Shown here: positions 40,062-48,869 of the stretch, piece after piece
Layout: the number at the start of each line of letters is the position of its first letter
Position numbering within the stretch: the stretch's first letter is position 1
Assembly: GCA_964616135.1 (NCBI GenBank)
Contig: CAZTTQ010000003.1
Span: forward strand, 1 to 48,934
DNA: 48,934 nt
DNA from: an uncultured Gammaproteobacteria bacterium
GTDB taxonomy: Bacteria; Patescibacteriota; Patescibacteriia; UBA9934; GWF2-40-263
Direction: 5' to 3'
The notes under the pieces: model-generated
What the model was told of the DNA's origin: nothing
What the model saw: the letters and a program-made list of their open reading frames with translations, nothing else
The model's database searches: none
Made by a program: the position numbers and the translations under genes

Positions 40062-41390
40062 CTAGGCCTTCCGTTCGAGGAGGAACACGCACTCCATGTG
40101 CGGCGTGTGGGGGAACAAATCCAACGCGGCGGCCTTTTTTATCTCGTACACGGCGCCAAGCTTTTTCATTTCGTCCAAGAAGCGCGGGTAGCTGCAGGAA
40201 ACGTACACCACGCGCGGCGGTTGTGCCTCAAGCAACGTCTCGATCACCTTCGGGTGGAGCCCGGCGCGCGGCGGGTCCAAAATGACGACGTCCGGCGCGT
40301 AGGTTTTCCAATCGAATTCTTCCGCTTTGGAAACGAAGTATTCCGCGGCGATGCCGTTGGCGGCCGCGTTTTCCTTGGCGCAAGCGATCGCTTCCGCCGA
40401 CAGTTCGATGCCGATGGATTTCTTCGCTTCCTTGGCGAACGCGAGGGAGAAAAACCCGGAGCCGCAAAACAGGTCCAGCAGGGTCTTGCCGGACAAGTCG
40501 CCGCAGAATTCCTTCACCTTGTTTTGCAGCTGCTCCGCCATGACGGTGTTGGTCTGGAAGAACGCGTTCGGCGTGATCTTGTAGCGCACGCCGTTCACTT
40601 CTTCAAAAATCCACGGGTCGCCCTTGAGCGGCGTGATTGTTTCGGCCACGGACAGGTCCGTGATGAGCGGGTTCACCCCCCAGACGACGCACGTCGCCAA
40701 CTCGCCCAGCAACGCGGGGAGTTCTTCGACCTTCTTTTTTTCTTCGCCCTTCGGCGTAGCCGTGAGGAGCATCACCATGCGTTCGCCGGTGCGCTTGCCC
40801 TCGCGGATCACCAGGTAACGGAAGAAGCCCTCGTACGTATCGCCGTTCCAGAAGGGAAGGCCGCTCGCCTTCGCCCAGGTGCGCACGCGCGACATGATCT
40901 CCACGCTGGCGGGGGAAAGCAGGTGGCAGACGTTCAAATCGAGCGCGTCCCACCAGCGGTCCGGCGCCTTGAGGCCCAGCTCGCCGTTGCGGCCGAAGGT
41001 GAAGTCCATCCGGTTGCGGTAATAGAAGAGCTCCGGCGCCGGTTGGACGGCAGAAAGGGCGACGGGCATTTCCTTTTCCTGCGCCGTACAGAGGAACGTG
41101 TCCAACTTGCCCCGCAGCTGCGCCGGGTAGTCCACGTGCTGCCACTTGCAGCCGCCGCAGGAACCCGCGTACGGGCAGCGGGGCGCCACGCGGTCGGGGG
41201 AGGGCGCATCAATGGAAACCAACTCCGCCTTGGGGCCGTCCTTGGAGCGCTTTTTGAAGCGGGCCGTGACGGATTCCCCTGGAATGGTGTTATATACGTG
41301 GAACGCGTTGCCTTCCGCGCGCTCAATCACCCCGCTGCCGTCTTTGGCGAAGCGGGAGATGGCGCCGGAAATAATCGTGCCGAATTTCAT
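40062..41390 (-). CDS. RumA/RlmD-type 23S rRNA (uracil-5-)-methyltransferase with TRAM domain and Fe-S cysteines
   Basis: Start at ATG 41390 (MKFGTIISGAISRF..., TRAM-like). CPYAGSCGGCKWQH, the SAM motif LDLFCGSGFFSL, and DPPRAG. C-terminal catalytic-Cys region YVSCS. Confidence 0.85.
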   Translation of the reverse strand: MKFGTIISGAISRFAKDGSGVIERAEGNAFHVYNTIPGESVTARFKKRSKDGPKAELVSIDAPSPDRVAPRCPYAGSCGGCKWQHVDYPAQLRGKLDTFLCTAQEKEMPVALSAVQPAPELFYYRNRMDFTFGRNGELGLKAPDRWWDALDLNVCHLLSPASVEIMSRVRTWAKASGLPFWNGDTYEGFFRYLVIREGKRTGERMVMLLTATPKGEEKKKVEELPALLGELATCVVWGVNPLITDLSVAETITPLKGDPWIFEEVNGVRYKITPNAFFQTNTVMAEQLQNKVKEFCGDLSGKTLLDLFCGSGFFSLAFAKEAKKSIGIELSAEAIACAKENAAANGIAAEYFVSKAEEFDWKTYAPDVVILDPPRAGLHPKVIETLLEAQPPRVVYVSCSYPRFLDEMKKLGAVYEIKKAAALDLFPHTPHMECVFLLERKA

Positions 41391-41849
41391 ATGAGGCTTA
41401 TTGCCCACAATATCCGCTCGCTGCACAACGTCGGCGCCCTCTTCCGGTCGGCCGACGCGTTCGCGGTGGAGCGTTTGTACCTGACGGGTTATACCCCAAC
41501 CCCGCCGCGGAAGGAAATAGCCAAGGTCGCCCTGGGCGGCGAAGACCGCGTGCCGTGGGAACCGCGCGCGGACGTTCTCCCGCTCATTGCCGAGCTCAAG
41601 AAGGAGGGATTCCAGGTGGTCGCGTTGGAGAATGCGCCGGGGAGTGCGGATCTTTCCGCCTTTGCCGAGAAGGCGGATCGGACCAAAACCGCCCTTGTCT
41701 TGGGGAGTGAGGTAGAAGGAGTGCCGGCGGACGTCCTCGCCGCCTGTGACGCGGCGGTAGAAATCCCGCTGCCGGGCCGCAAACGCTCGCTGAACGTGAG
41801 CGTCGCCGCGGGCGTCGCGCTTTTTGTCCTACGCCCCAAAAACGGGTAG
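41391..41849 (+). CDS. SpoU/TrmH-family RNA 2'-O-methyltransferase
   Basis: MRLIAHNIRSLHNVGALFRSADAF..., ALVLGSEVEGVP, and IPLPGRKRSLNVSVAAGVALF (SPOUT knot motifs). The start codon abuts the divergent RumA start (CAT|ATG). Confidence 0.85.
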   Translation: MRLIAHNIRSLHNVGALFRSADAFAVERLYLTGYTPTPPRKEIAKVALGGEDRVPWEPRADVLPLIAELKKEGFQVVALENAPGSADLSAFAEKADRTKTALVLGSEVEGVPADVLAACDAAVEIPLPGRKRSLNVSVAAGVALFVLRPKNG

Positions 41850-41861
41850 AATGTGCCCATT

Positions 41862-42584
41862 ATGCTTTCGGTCGTCATCCCTACCAAGAACGAGGAGGCT
41901 GATTTGCCGAAACTGCTCGCCTCGTTGGCGGCGCAGACCGTCCGTCCGGATGAAATCATCGTCGCGGACGCCAAATCCACGGACAAGACGCGCGCGATCG
42001 CAGAAGCCGCCGGCGCGCGCGTGGTGGACGGAGGCCTGCCGTCCGTCGGCCGCAATCGCGGCGCCGCCGCCGCCACGCAATCCCTCGTGCTCTTTTTGGA
42101 CGCGGACGTGGTACTGACGGATCCGACCATGTTGCAACGCATGTTGGCCGCATTCGACGAGCGTTCCCTGGACGTCGCCACGTGTGAAGTGGAACCGTTG
42201 GACGCCGGCAAAGTGGACCGGGTGCTCCACAAGGCCTACAACCAATACGCCAAGGCGTTGGAAAAGATCTTCCCCCACGCGCCGGGTTTTTGCATTCTCG
42301 CGCGCAAGGAACTGCACGACCGCATCGGCGGCTTTGATGAATCCGTGGTGTTCTGCGAGGACCATGACTATGTGCAGCGCGCGTCCAAGTTGGGCCGCTT
42401 CGGCATTTTGCCGGTGAAGGTTCCCGTGTCCATCCGCCGCTTGGACCGTGACGGCCGCCTGCAGATCGCGGTGAAGTACGTCTTGGCGGAACTGCACTTG
42501 GCCACCCTCGGTCCCATCCGCCACGACCTATTCAACTATACGTTCGGCCACGACGCCAAGAAGAAAAAGGCCAAGAAAAAATGA
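41862..42584 (+). CDS. Family-2 glycosyltransferase
   Basis: MLSVVIPTKNEEADLPKLL, DAKSTDKT, FLDADV (DxD). An alternative GTG start lies at 41853. Confidence 0.85.
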   Translation: MLSVVIPTKNEEADLPKLLASLAAQTVRPDEIIVADAKSTDKTRAIAEAAGARVVDGGLPSVGRNRGAAAATQSLVLFLDADVVLTDPTMLQRMLAAFDERSLDVATCEVEPLDAGKVDRVLHKAYNQYAKALEKIFPHAPGFCILARKELHDRIGGFDESVVFCEDHDYVQRASKLGRFGILPVKVPVSIRRLDRDGRLQIAVKYVLAELHLATLGPIRHDLFNYTFGHDAKKKKAKKK

Positions 42585-42585
42585 T

Positions 42586-43152
42586 ATGGACATTCCCGTC
42601 GTCGTGCAGCACCGCCACGTGCACCTGTCCGCCGCCGACCAGGCGACGTTGTTTGGCGCGGACGCGAGCATGAAGCGTGTCGCGGACGTTGGGCATGACG
42701 GCCAGGCCGCGTACCAAGAGACCGTCACTCTCGTGGGAAAAAACGGTCAGATGGAAGACGTGCGCGTCCTCGGTCCCTGCCGGGAAGAAACCCAAGTGGA
42801 GCTGTCCGCCTCCGAAGCGTTCGCCCTGGGCATAGACGCGCCGCTCCGGGTGTCCGGAGACGTGAAGCGCGCCGCCTCCTGCGGATTGAAGGGGCCGCAT
42901 GGGAGCATCCGAAGCCGTGCCTGCGTCATCGTGCCGGTGCGCCACCTGCATTGCGGGGACGCCGACGCGAAGCGCCTGGGCATTCGGCACCGCGACACGG
43001 TGGCCTTAACGCCCGTCGGCCGGCCGGACCTGCGCATGGAACACGTCGCTGTACGCGTCCACCCGTCCTTCGGCCTATCGTTCCACCTGTCTGCTGACGA
43101 AGCCGCCCAATTCTGGCTCCACACGGGTGACCGTGTCCGCCTTGAACGATAA
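42586..43152 (+). CDS. pduL: Phosphate acyltransferase PduL
   Basis: Two PduL half-domains: VVQHRHVHLS..LFG and VIVPVRHLHCG. GPCREETQVELS and SGDVK motifs. Confidence 0.85.
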   Translation: MDIPVVVQHRHVHLSAADQATLFGADASMKRVADVGHDGQAAYQETVTLVGKNGQMEDVRVLGPCREETQVELSASEAFALGIDAPLRVSGDVKRAASCGLKGPHGSIRSRACVIVPVRHLHCGDADAKRLGIRHRDTVALTPVGRPDLRMEHVAVRVHPSFGLSFHLSADEAAQFWLHTGDRVRLER

Positions 43153-43156
43153 TCCT

Positions 43157-44347
43157 ATGCGCTTGCGCTACTTCGCCTCCGCCGCGCTCCTTGTCCTCGC
43201 CCCATTGTCGGTTCGGGCGGTGTCTTCCGATCTTGGCATTAACGCGCGGGACATCACGTTCTCCAAACCCCTGCTTGCGGGAGAACGCGTGCGTCTGTAC
43301 GGGGAAGTGCGGAATTTCGGGACAGAAGATGTCAGCGGCTACGTGACCTTCTTCCAAGGAAGTCTTCCGATAGGCGACTCGCAAGTCGTGTCTGTCCGGG
43401 CAGGCGGCCAAGCGGAAGACGTCTATGTGGACTTCACCGTGCCAAACGGCGCCTTTAACGTGCGCGCGGAAATTCGCGGCACGGATCCCGGGGACCAAAA
43501 TCCCTCCAACGACGTCGCCATGACGGGATTGTTCGAGCCGAAGCTGGACGCGGACCGCGACGGCGTCGTGGACGGGACGGACAACTGCCCGTCCGTGGCG
43601 AACGCGAACCAGAATGACTTGGACGCGGACAAAATCGGGGACGCGTGCGACCCGGACATCGACAACGACGGCGTCCTCAACGGCGCCGACGCGTATCCGT
43701 ACGACCAAAGCAAGAGCAAGGTGCCGGTCGTCGTCGCGCCCGTCGTGACGCCTGTTGTTTCCGCACCCGCGGTACGGCCGGCTCAGACGGTCTCGGCTCC
43801 CGCCAAGAAACCGGCGGCCAAGACGCCCGTCGTTGCGCCCGTCAAAGCGGATGCCGTACCGGAAGTGGTGGCGCCCGAGCTGCTTGCGTTCGAACCGTCC
43901 CAGCCGCTTGCTACGTCGCCCAAGGCCGTATTCACGTCTGAACGCACGGCGTGGAACGCCTTCCGGTTCGCTGTGTCGTCCCCGGAGGCCACCGGGGAGT
44001 TGCTTGCCTGGAATTTCGGCGATGGCGCCACGTCGGTCGCCCGTGAAACGTCCCATTCGTACCGCCGTCCGGGCACCTACGTCGTCACGCTCGCCCTCAC
44101 GGATACGTCCGGGAAGATCGCGACGGACCAGATGACCGTGCGCGTGCCGTTCTTCACGTTTAAGAATCCGGCCGTCGTCGGCTTGGCCGCGACGCTCGGT
44201 TTGGCTATCTTGATCGGGTTGATCGTCGCCGTGCGCGCGTCTTCCGCCGCCAAGGAGGCGTCGCTGACGAAACACCCCGCAGGACCCAAGCCTTTCGCCA
44301 AGCGCGTCGTGATCGATGACGACGAAGATCTGCCCGACGCCGCCTAA
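43157..44347 (+). CDS. Secreted, C-terminally anchored protein with CARDB-like, thrombospondin type-3 (Ca-binding) and PKD modules
   Basis: Signal peptide MRLRYFASAALLVLAPLSVRA. DADRDGVVDGTDNCP..NQNDLDADKIGDACDPDIDNDGV (TSP3 repeats), WNFGDG...HSY..PGTYVVTL (PKD), and a C-terminal TM helix. Confidence 0.8.
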   Translation: MRLRYFASAALLVLAPLSVRAVSSDLGINARDITFSKPLLAGERVRLYGEVRNFGTEDVSGYVTFFQGSLPIGDSQVVSVRAGGQAEDVYVDFTVPNGAFNVRAEIRGTDPGDQNPSNDVAMTGLFEPKLDADRDGVVDGTDNCPSVANANQNDLDADKIGDACDPDIDNDGVLNGADAYPYDQSKSKVPVVVAPVVTPVVSAPAVRPAQTVSAPAKKPAAKTPVVAPVKADAVPEVVAPELLAFEPSQPLATSPKAVFTSERTAWNAFRFAVSSPEATGELLAWNFGDGATSVARETSHSYRRPGTYVVTLALTDTSGKIATDQMTVRVPFFTFKNPAVVGLAATLGLAILIGLIVAVRASSAAKEASLTKHPAGPKPFAKRVVIDDDEDLPDAA

Positions 44348-44365
44348 TCGTTAGACGGGGGGAAC

Positions 44366-45991
44366 ATGCTTAAAATCCTGAACGCCGAGTCAAAATCCAT
44401 CGTCAGCGGCGCCGCCGTGGTGGGGATTTTGTCGTTGGTGAGCCGCCTGGTCGGCTTGGTCCGCGACCGCCTGTTGGCCGGCATGTTCGGCGCGGGCGAC
44501 GTCCTGGACGTCTACTACGCCGCGTTCCGCCTGCCGGACCTGCTGTTCAACCTGATCGTCGTCGGCGCCCTGTCCGCCAGCTTCATCCCGCTCTTCTCCA
44601 AGCACTACGCGGAAGGGAAGAAGTCCGAACGCGCGTGGGACCTGACGACCAACGTCTTGCACGTCATCCTGCTCGGGATGCTCGTCCTGTCGGCGGCGTT
44701 GTTTTTTGCCGCTGATCCGTTATCGGCGCTGATCGCCCCCGGCTTCTCGCCGGAAAAACGCCATGCCGTCGCCGGGTTCACGCGCGTCATGCTGTCGGCC
44801 CAAGTCCTGCTCGCCGCTTCCATGGTGTTCGGCAGCACGCTCCAGGGCATGAAGCGCTTTTTCCTGTCCTCCTTCGCGCCGGTGTTCTACAACGTCGGCA
44901 TCATCGTCGGCGGGCTGTGGTTCACCAGGTTCCTCGGACCTATCGGGCTCGCTTGGGGCGTGGTACTCGGCGCGTTCCTGCACCTCATGGTCCAGTTTGT
45001 CGGCGCCCGCGCCGCCGGCTACCGCCACCGCTGGATCTTTGAGCCGAAGGATCCGGACGCGCGGGAAGTCGTCCGCCTCATGGGCCCGCGCGCGGCCGGC
45101 ATCGGCCTGTCGCAGCTCGTGTTCGTCGCCTATACCACGTTCGCCACGACGCTCGCGGCCGGCAGCGTGACGCTCTTCCAGTTCGCCTACAACATCCAGT
45201 TCTTCCCGGTGGGCATTGTCGGCGTCTCATACGCCATCGCCGCGTTCCCGACGTTTGCCGAGACGTTGGGGAAGAAGGACCACGACGGTTTCCGCGCGGC
45301 GTTTTCCTCCACGGTGCGCCAGGTCCTGTTCTTCCTGACGCCGCTGTCCGTCGCCTTCCTCCTATTGCGTGCCCAGGCGGTCCGCATCGTCGTCGGCGCC
45401 GGCGCGTTTGACTGGTCGTCCACGGTCGCCACGGCCGACGCCCTCGCTGCGTTCGTCCTGTCCGTCGGCGCCCAATCGCTCGTGTATGTCCTGGCCCGTG
45501 CCTACTACGCGTTGCGTGACACGTATACGCCGCTCGTGCTCGGCCTGGCGGGCGACGCAATCGGTTTGCTCATCGCGTTTTGGCTGGCGCCCAAATACGG
45601 CGTGGCGGGCCTGGGCCTGGCGTTCTCGCTCGGGATCTTCATCGAGCTGGTGCTCATGTGGGTGATCCTGCGCCAGCGGCTGGGCACCTTGGGCGAATCG
45701 ACCATGGTCCGCAGCGTGCTGACGGTGTCCGGTGCCGGGCTGGTCGCCGCCGTCGTCATCCAGCTGGGAAAACAGCTCGTGCCGGTCGCCGTGCCGCTCA
45801 CGACCTTCTGGAGCGTGTTCGCCCAAGGGGCCGTCGCCGGCGGCCTGGGACTCCTCGCGTACCTGGGTGTCTGCGCCCTGGCGGGCAGCGAGGAACTGGG
45901 CACGGTCGCCGCCTCGCTCAAGCGCAAGTTGTTCCGCAGGTACCAGCCGACCGAAGCGACGCCTCCCGACACCACCGCCACCGGCGCCTAG
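44366..45991 (+). CDS. murJ: Lipid II flippase MurJ
   Basis: LVSRLVGLVRDRLLAGMFGAG...DVYYAAFRLPDLLFNL, 14-TM MviN/MurJ layout, 541 aa. Confidence 0.92.
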   Translation: MLKILNAESKSIVSGAAVVGILSLVSRLVGLVRDRLLAGMFGAGDVLDVYYAAFRLPDLLFNLIVVGALSASFIPLFSKHYAEGKKSERAWDLTTNVLHVILLGMLVLSAALFFAADPLSALIAPGFSPEKRHAVAGFTRVMLSAQVLLAASMVFGSTLQGMKRFFLSSFAPVFYNVGIIVGGLWFTRFLGPIGLAWGVVLGAFLHLMVQFVGARAAGYRHRWIFEPKDPDAREVVRLMGPRAAGIGLSQLVFVAYTTFATTLAAGSVTLFQFAYNIQFFPVGIVGVSYAIAAFPTFAETLGKKDHDGFRAAFSSTVRQVLFFLTPLSVAFLLLRAQAVRIVVGAGAFDWSSTVATADALAAFVLSVGAQSLVYVLARAYYALRDTYTPLVLGLAGDAIGLLIAFWLAPKYGVAGLGLAFSLGIFIELVLMWVILRQRLGTLGESTMVRSVLTVSGAGLVAAVVIQLGKQLVPVAVPLTTFWSVFAQGAVAGGLGLLAYLGVCALAGSEELGTVAASLKRKLFRRYQPTEATPPDTTATGA

Positions 45992-46060
45992 ACACGGCGC
46001 CGGTTTTCGTTTAGGGTATCGCCTCCCATTCATGTCGGATGGGAACGAAGGAGAATGCAG

Positions 46061-46735
46061 ATGGAGGAACGTTGTTCCAAACGTCCGCGTGTGCGCGTGT
46101 GCGCCAAAAGCGCGGACGTACGGACGCGCCTGGCAGACATGCTTTCCGCCCATCCGCACCTGGCGGGTGCGGAGGTAACGGAAGAGAGGATGCTCGTATC
46201 GGTACAGTGGTCCGATGCGCTCCGGTTCTTCCAGTCCCCATGCACGATCGACCTGAACCTGGCTCCTTTCTGGATGTTCGCTCCCACGTTCGATCACCTG
46301 ATGGAGGCAGGAAGGGAATTGGTCGGCCTCTCCTACGGTTCCTTTGGGGGGATCCTGTGGAACGGTGGCGTCGTCGTGCGCCACGTGCGCGGCCTCGTCT
46401 ATCGGCGCGGCACGTTCCCCGTGCTGCACGACGGCGTCCAAGTCATGTACTGCCGCGGACCTGGCTGGACGCACGGCACGCACGGCGTGCTCGTCTTCGA
46501 CACGGCGGGGCTCGCGCTCGTGGACGGTCCGTTCCAGACGGCTCCTCCGGCCCAGGGGGCGCACGCCGAGCGCTGGTTCCGCCGCCGGTGGAACCGCGCC
46601 GCACCCGGCATCCCCGAGGCCGACCCGTACCTCGTGCTCACGCACGAACGCACGGACCTCGCGTCCATTCTCTCGCCGCTCGTCAGTCGGGCGATGCATT
46701 CGCTCACGGGCATTCCGCTCGCCGCCGAATCCTGA
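46061..46735 (+). CDS. Hypothetical protein (224 aa)
   Basis: ATG 46061 lies 7 nt after GAAGGAG, and the terminator embeds the stop codon. Balanced composition. It competes with the Arg-rich N-terminal extension of the alaS-frame ORF, which I reject. Confidence 0.5.
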   Translation: MEERCSKRPRVRVCAKSADVRTRLADMLSAHPHLAGAEVTEERMLVSVQWSDALRFFQSPCTIDLNLAPFWMFAPTFDHLMEAGRELVGLSYGSFGGILWNGGVVVRHVRGLVYRRGTFPVLHDGVQVMYCRGPGWTHGTHGVLVFDTAGLALVDGPFQTAPPAQGAHAERWFRRRWNRAAPGIPEADPYLVLTHERTDLASILSPLVSRAMHSLTGIPLAAES

Positions 46736-46760
46736 ACGGGGATCGGCGGTTTTTTGTTTT
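46722..46760 (+). terminator. Intrinsic terminator, stop codon in the loop
   Basis: CCGCCGA (46722-46728) pairs with TCGGCGG (46743-46749), followed by T6GTTTT. TGA (46733-46735) lies in the loop. Confidence 0.65.
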
Positions 46761-46762
46761 GC

Positions 46763-46791
46763 TTGCCGTTTCGCCCCGTTTTTTCTACACT
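46763..46791 (+). promoter_or_regulatory. TTGCCG-N17-TACACT promoter of alaS
   Basis: The -10 ends 9 nt before ATG 46801, and there is no SD. Confidence 0.45.
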
Positions 46792-46800
46792 GCGCGCATT

Positions 46801-48693
46801 ATGACTACGTCCGACATTCGCGCCAAATTCCTCTCCTTCTTCGCCTCCAAGGGCCACGCGGTCATCCCGTCGGCCAAATTGGTGCCCGAAAACGACCCCA
46901 CGACGCTCTTCACCGGCTCGGGCATGCAGCCCATGGTCCCGTTCCTGTTGGGCGAAAAGCATCCGCTTGGCACGCGCGTCGCCGACAGCCAAAAGTGCTT
47001 CCGCTCCCAGGACATTGAAGAAGTGGGCGACAACCGCCACACCACCTTCTTTGAGATGCTCGGCAACTGGTCACTCGGCGACTTCTTCAAGAAGGAGCAA
47101 ATCACCTGGATGTTCGAATTCCTCACGAAGGAAATCGGCCTCGACCCCAAGAACCTCTACGTCACCGTCTTCCGCGGCAGCCCGGACCTGAACATTCCGC
47201 GTGACACGGAGGCCGTGGAATTGTGGAAGGCCTGCTTCGCGTCCGCCGGAGTTGAGGCGAAAGACGTGGACTTCTCGGAGCGCGACGGCATGAACGGCGG
47301 CCGCATCTTCTATTACCCGGAAAAGAAAAACTGGTGGAGCCGCGCGGGCGTTCCGTCCAACATGCCCGTCGGCGAACCCGGCGGTCCTGACACGGAAATG
47401 TTCTGGGACTTCGGTGTGGAGCGCAAACTCCACGAATCTTCGGCGTGGAAGGCCGAACCCTGCCACGTGAACTGCGACTGCGGCCGTTTCGTCGAAATCG
47501 GCAACAACGTGTTCATGCAGTACGTCAAAAAGGAAGCGGGTTTCGAATTGCTTCCGGCCGCCAACGTCGACTTCGGCGGGGGCTTGGAACGCGTCGCCGC
47601 GGCCAAGAATGATAACCCGGACGTCTTTCTGATCGACTTGTTCGACGGTGCCCGCCAGGCGCTTGAGACGGCTTCCGGCAAGAAATACGGTGCGGACGAA
47701 ACCGAAACCTTCGCGTTCCGTGTCGTCCTGGACCACATCCGCGCCGCCACCTTCCTCATCGGTGACAACGTCCTCCCGTCCAACAAGGACCAGGGCTACT
47801 TCGTGCGCCGCCTTATCCGCCGCGCCGTGCGTTTCGCCCGCCGCCTGGGCGCCGGGTCCATCGTCCGTGCCGCTTCCGACGCCTACATCACGTCCTATCA
47901 GGACGCGTACCCGGACCTGGCTGAAAAGCGAGAGGTAATTTTGAGCGCGATTGAAACGGAAGAAGGGAAGTTCGCCAAAACGGTCGAACAGGGCCTCAAG
48001 GAATTGCAGAAAATCAAAGAGAAGACGGGCGGCTTCACGGCCACCGACGCGTTCAACCTGTACCAGAGCTACGGCTTCCCGTTGGAATTGACCGTGGAAG
48101 AACTCCAGCGCTCGTACGGCCTCGCTGTCGACATGGAGGCGTACCGCGTCGAGTTCAAAAAGCACCAGGACCTCTCCCGCGCCGGTTCGGAGCAGAAGTT
48201 CGCCGGTGGGTTGGCGGACACCAGCGCGGAAACTACGCGCCTCCACACGGCCACGCACTTGTTGCACCAGGCGCTGCGCAAGGTGCTCGGTCCCCACGTC
48301 GCCCAAAAGGGAAGCAACATCACCGCGGAGCGCCTGCGCTTCGACTTTTCGCATGGTGAGAAAATGACGCCGGAGCAGATCACGGAAGTAGAGGCGCTCG
48401 TGAACGGCGCCATCGCCAAGGACTATCCCGTTTCGTTCGAACTGATGGACGTCGCCTCGGCCAAGGCCCAGGGCGCCATCGGCTTGTTTGAGGACAAGTA
48501 CGCCGCGGTCGGTGGCCAGATCAAGGTCTATACGGTGGGCCAACCGGGCGGGGAATGGTTCAGTAAAGAGGTCTGCGGCGGTCCCCACGTGGACCGCACA
48601 GGGGAACTCGGCAGCTTTAAGATCCAAAAAGAGGAAGCTTCCTCCGCCGGCATCCGCCGCATTAAGGCCGTCGTGACCGGTCCGAAGGCCTAA
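46801..48693 (+). CDS. alaS: Alanine--tRNA ligase, short form (630 aa) lacking the C-Ala domain
   Basis: MTTSDIRAKFLSFFASKGH, FTGSGMQPMVPFLLG, GDNRHTTFFEMLGNWS, editing-domain HTATHLLHQAL and CGGPHV. The ORF ends about 30 aa after the editing domain. Confidence 0.93.
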   Translation: MTTSDIRAKFLSFFASKGHAVIPSAKLVPENDPTTLFTGSGMQPMVPFLLGEKHPLGTRVADSQKCFRSQDIEEVGDNRHTTFFEMLGNWSLGDFFKKEQITWMFEFLTKEIGLDPKNLYVTVFRGSPDLNIPRDTEAVELWKACFASAGVEAKDVDFSERDGMNGGRIFYYPEKKNWWSRAGVPSNMPVGEPGGPDTEMFWDFGVERKLHESSAWKAEPCHVNCDCGRFVEIGNNVFMQYVKKEAGFELLPAANVDFGGGLERVAAAKNDNPDVFLIDLFDGARQALETASGKKYGADETETFAFRVVLDHIRAATFLIGDNVLPSNKDQGYFVRRLIRRAVRFARRLGAGSIVRAASDAYITSYQDAYPDLAEKREVILSAIETEEGKFAKTVEQGLKELQKIKEKTGGFTATDAFNLYQSYGFPLELTVEELQRSYGLAVDMEAYRVEFKKHQDLSRAGSEQKFAGGLADTSAETTRLHTATHLLHQALRKVLGPHVAQKGSNITAERLRFDFSHGEKMTPEQITEVEALVNGAIAKDYPVSFELMDVASAKAQGAIGLFEDKYAAVGGQIKVYTVGQPGGEWFSKEVCGGPHVDRTGELGSFKIQKEEASSAGIRRIKAVVTGPKA

Positions 48694-48722
48694 ACGAATT
48701 TGCCAAAATAAGGAGGGTAAAA

Positions 48723-48800
48723 ATGCGTAATTTAAGCCCCAAATCGAAAAAAAGTGACCTGGGGATAGGATTGCTTGACAGAAATAGGCCATTTCATTAA
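48723..48800 (+). CDS. Speculative 25-aa mini-ORF with a consensus SD
   Basis: TAAGGAGGG, then 6 nt, then ATG. Hand translation gives MRNLSPKSKKSDLGIGLLDRNRPFH*. It lies in the AT-rich tail of the window. Confidence 0.2.
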   Translation: MRNLSPKSKKSDLGIGLLDRNRPFH

Positions 48801-48803
48801 GAT
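48775..48803 (+). promoter_or_regulatory. TTGACA-N17-TAAGAT promoter-like element
   Basis: Consensus -35, a 17-nt spacer and TAAGAT. It overlaps the 3' end of the mini-ORF. Confidence 0.4.
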
Positions 48804-48830
48804 ACCCGCGCTGTAACTGTTAATAGTTCC

Positions 48831-48859
48831 TTGCGTACGAGGGGCTCAGGTGATAGTAT
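48831..48859 (+). promoter_or_regulatory. TTGCGT-N17-TAGTAT promoter with TG extension
   Basis: TGaTAGTAT (48851-48859). ATG 48870 lies 10 nt downstream, the same geometry as at 27926 and 31567. Confidence 0.4.
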
Positions 48860-48869
48860 TTCGTCAACT

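Noticed and set aside
39930-41390. Upstream 487 codons of the 639-aa plus-strand ORF ending at 41849.
   Set aside because: Only the last 152 aa (from ATG 41391) match the SpoU/TrmH family. The rest is antisense to the well-supported RumA-type gene and is Arg-rich.
46039-46800. 254-aa N-terminal extension of the alaS reading frame (884-aa track ORF).
   Set aside because: The conserved AlaRS N-terminus (MTTSDIRAKFLSFF) starts at ATG 46801, right after a promoter-like element and a terminator. The extension is Arg/Pro-rich and overlaps a better ORF (46061-46735) that has an SD and a terminator.
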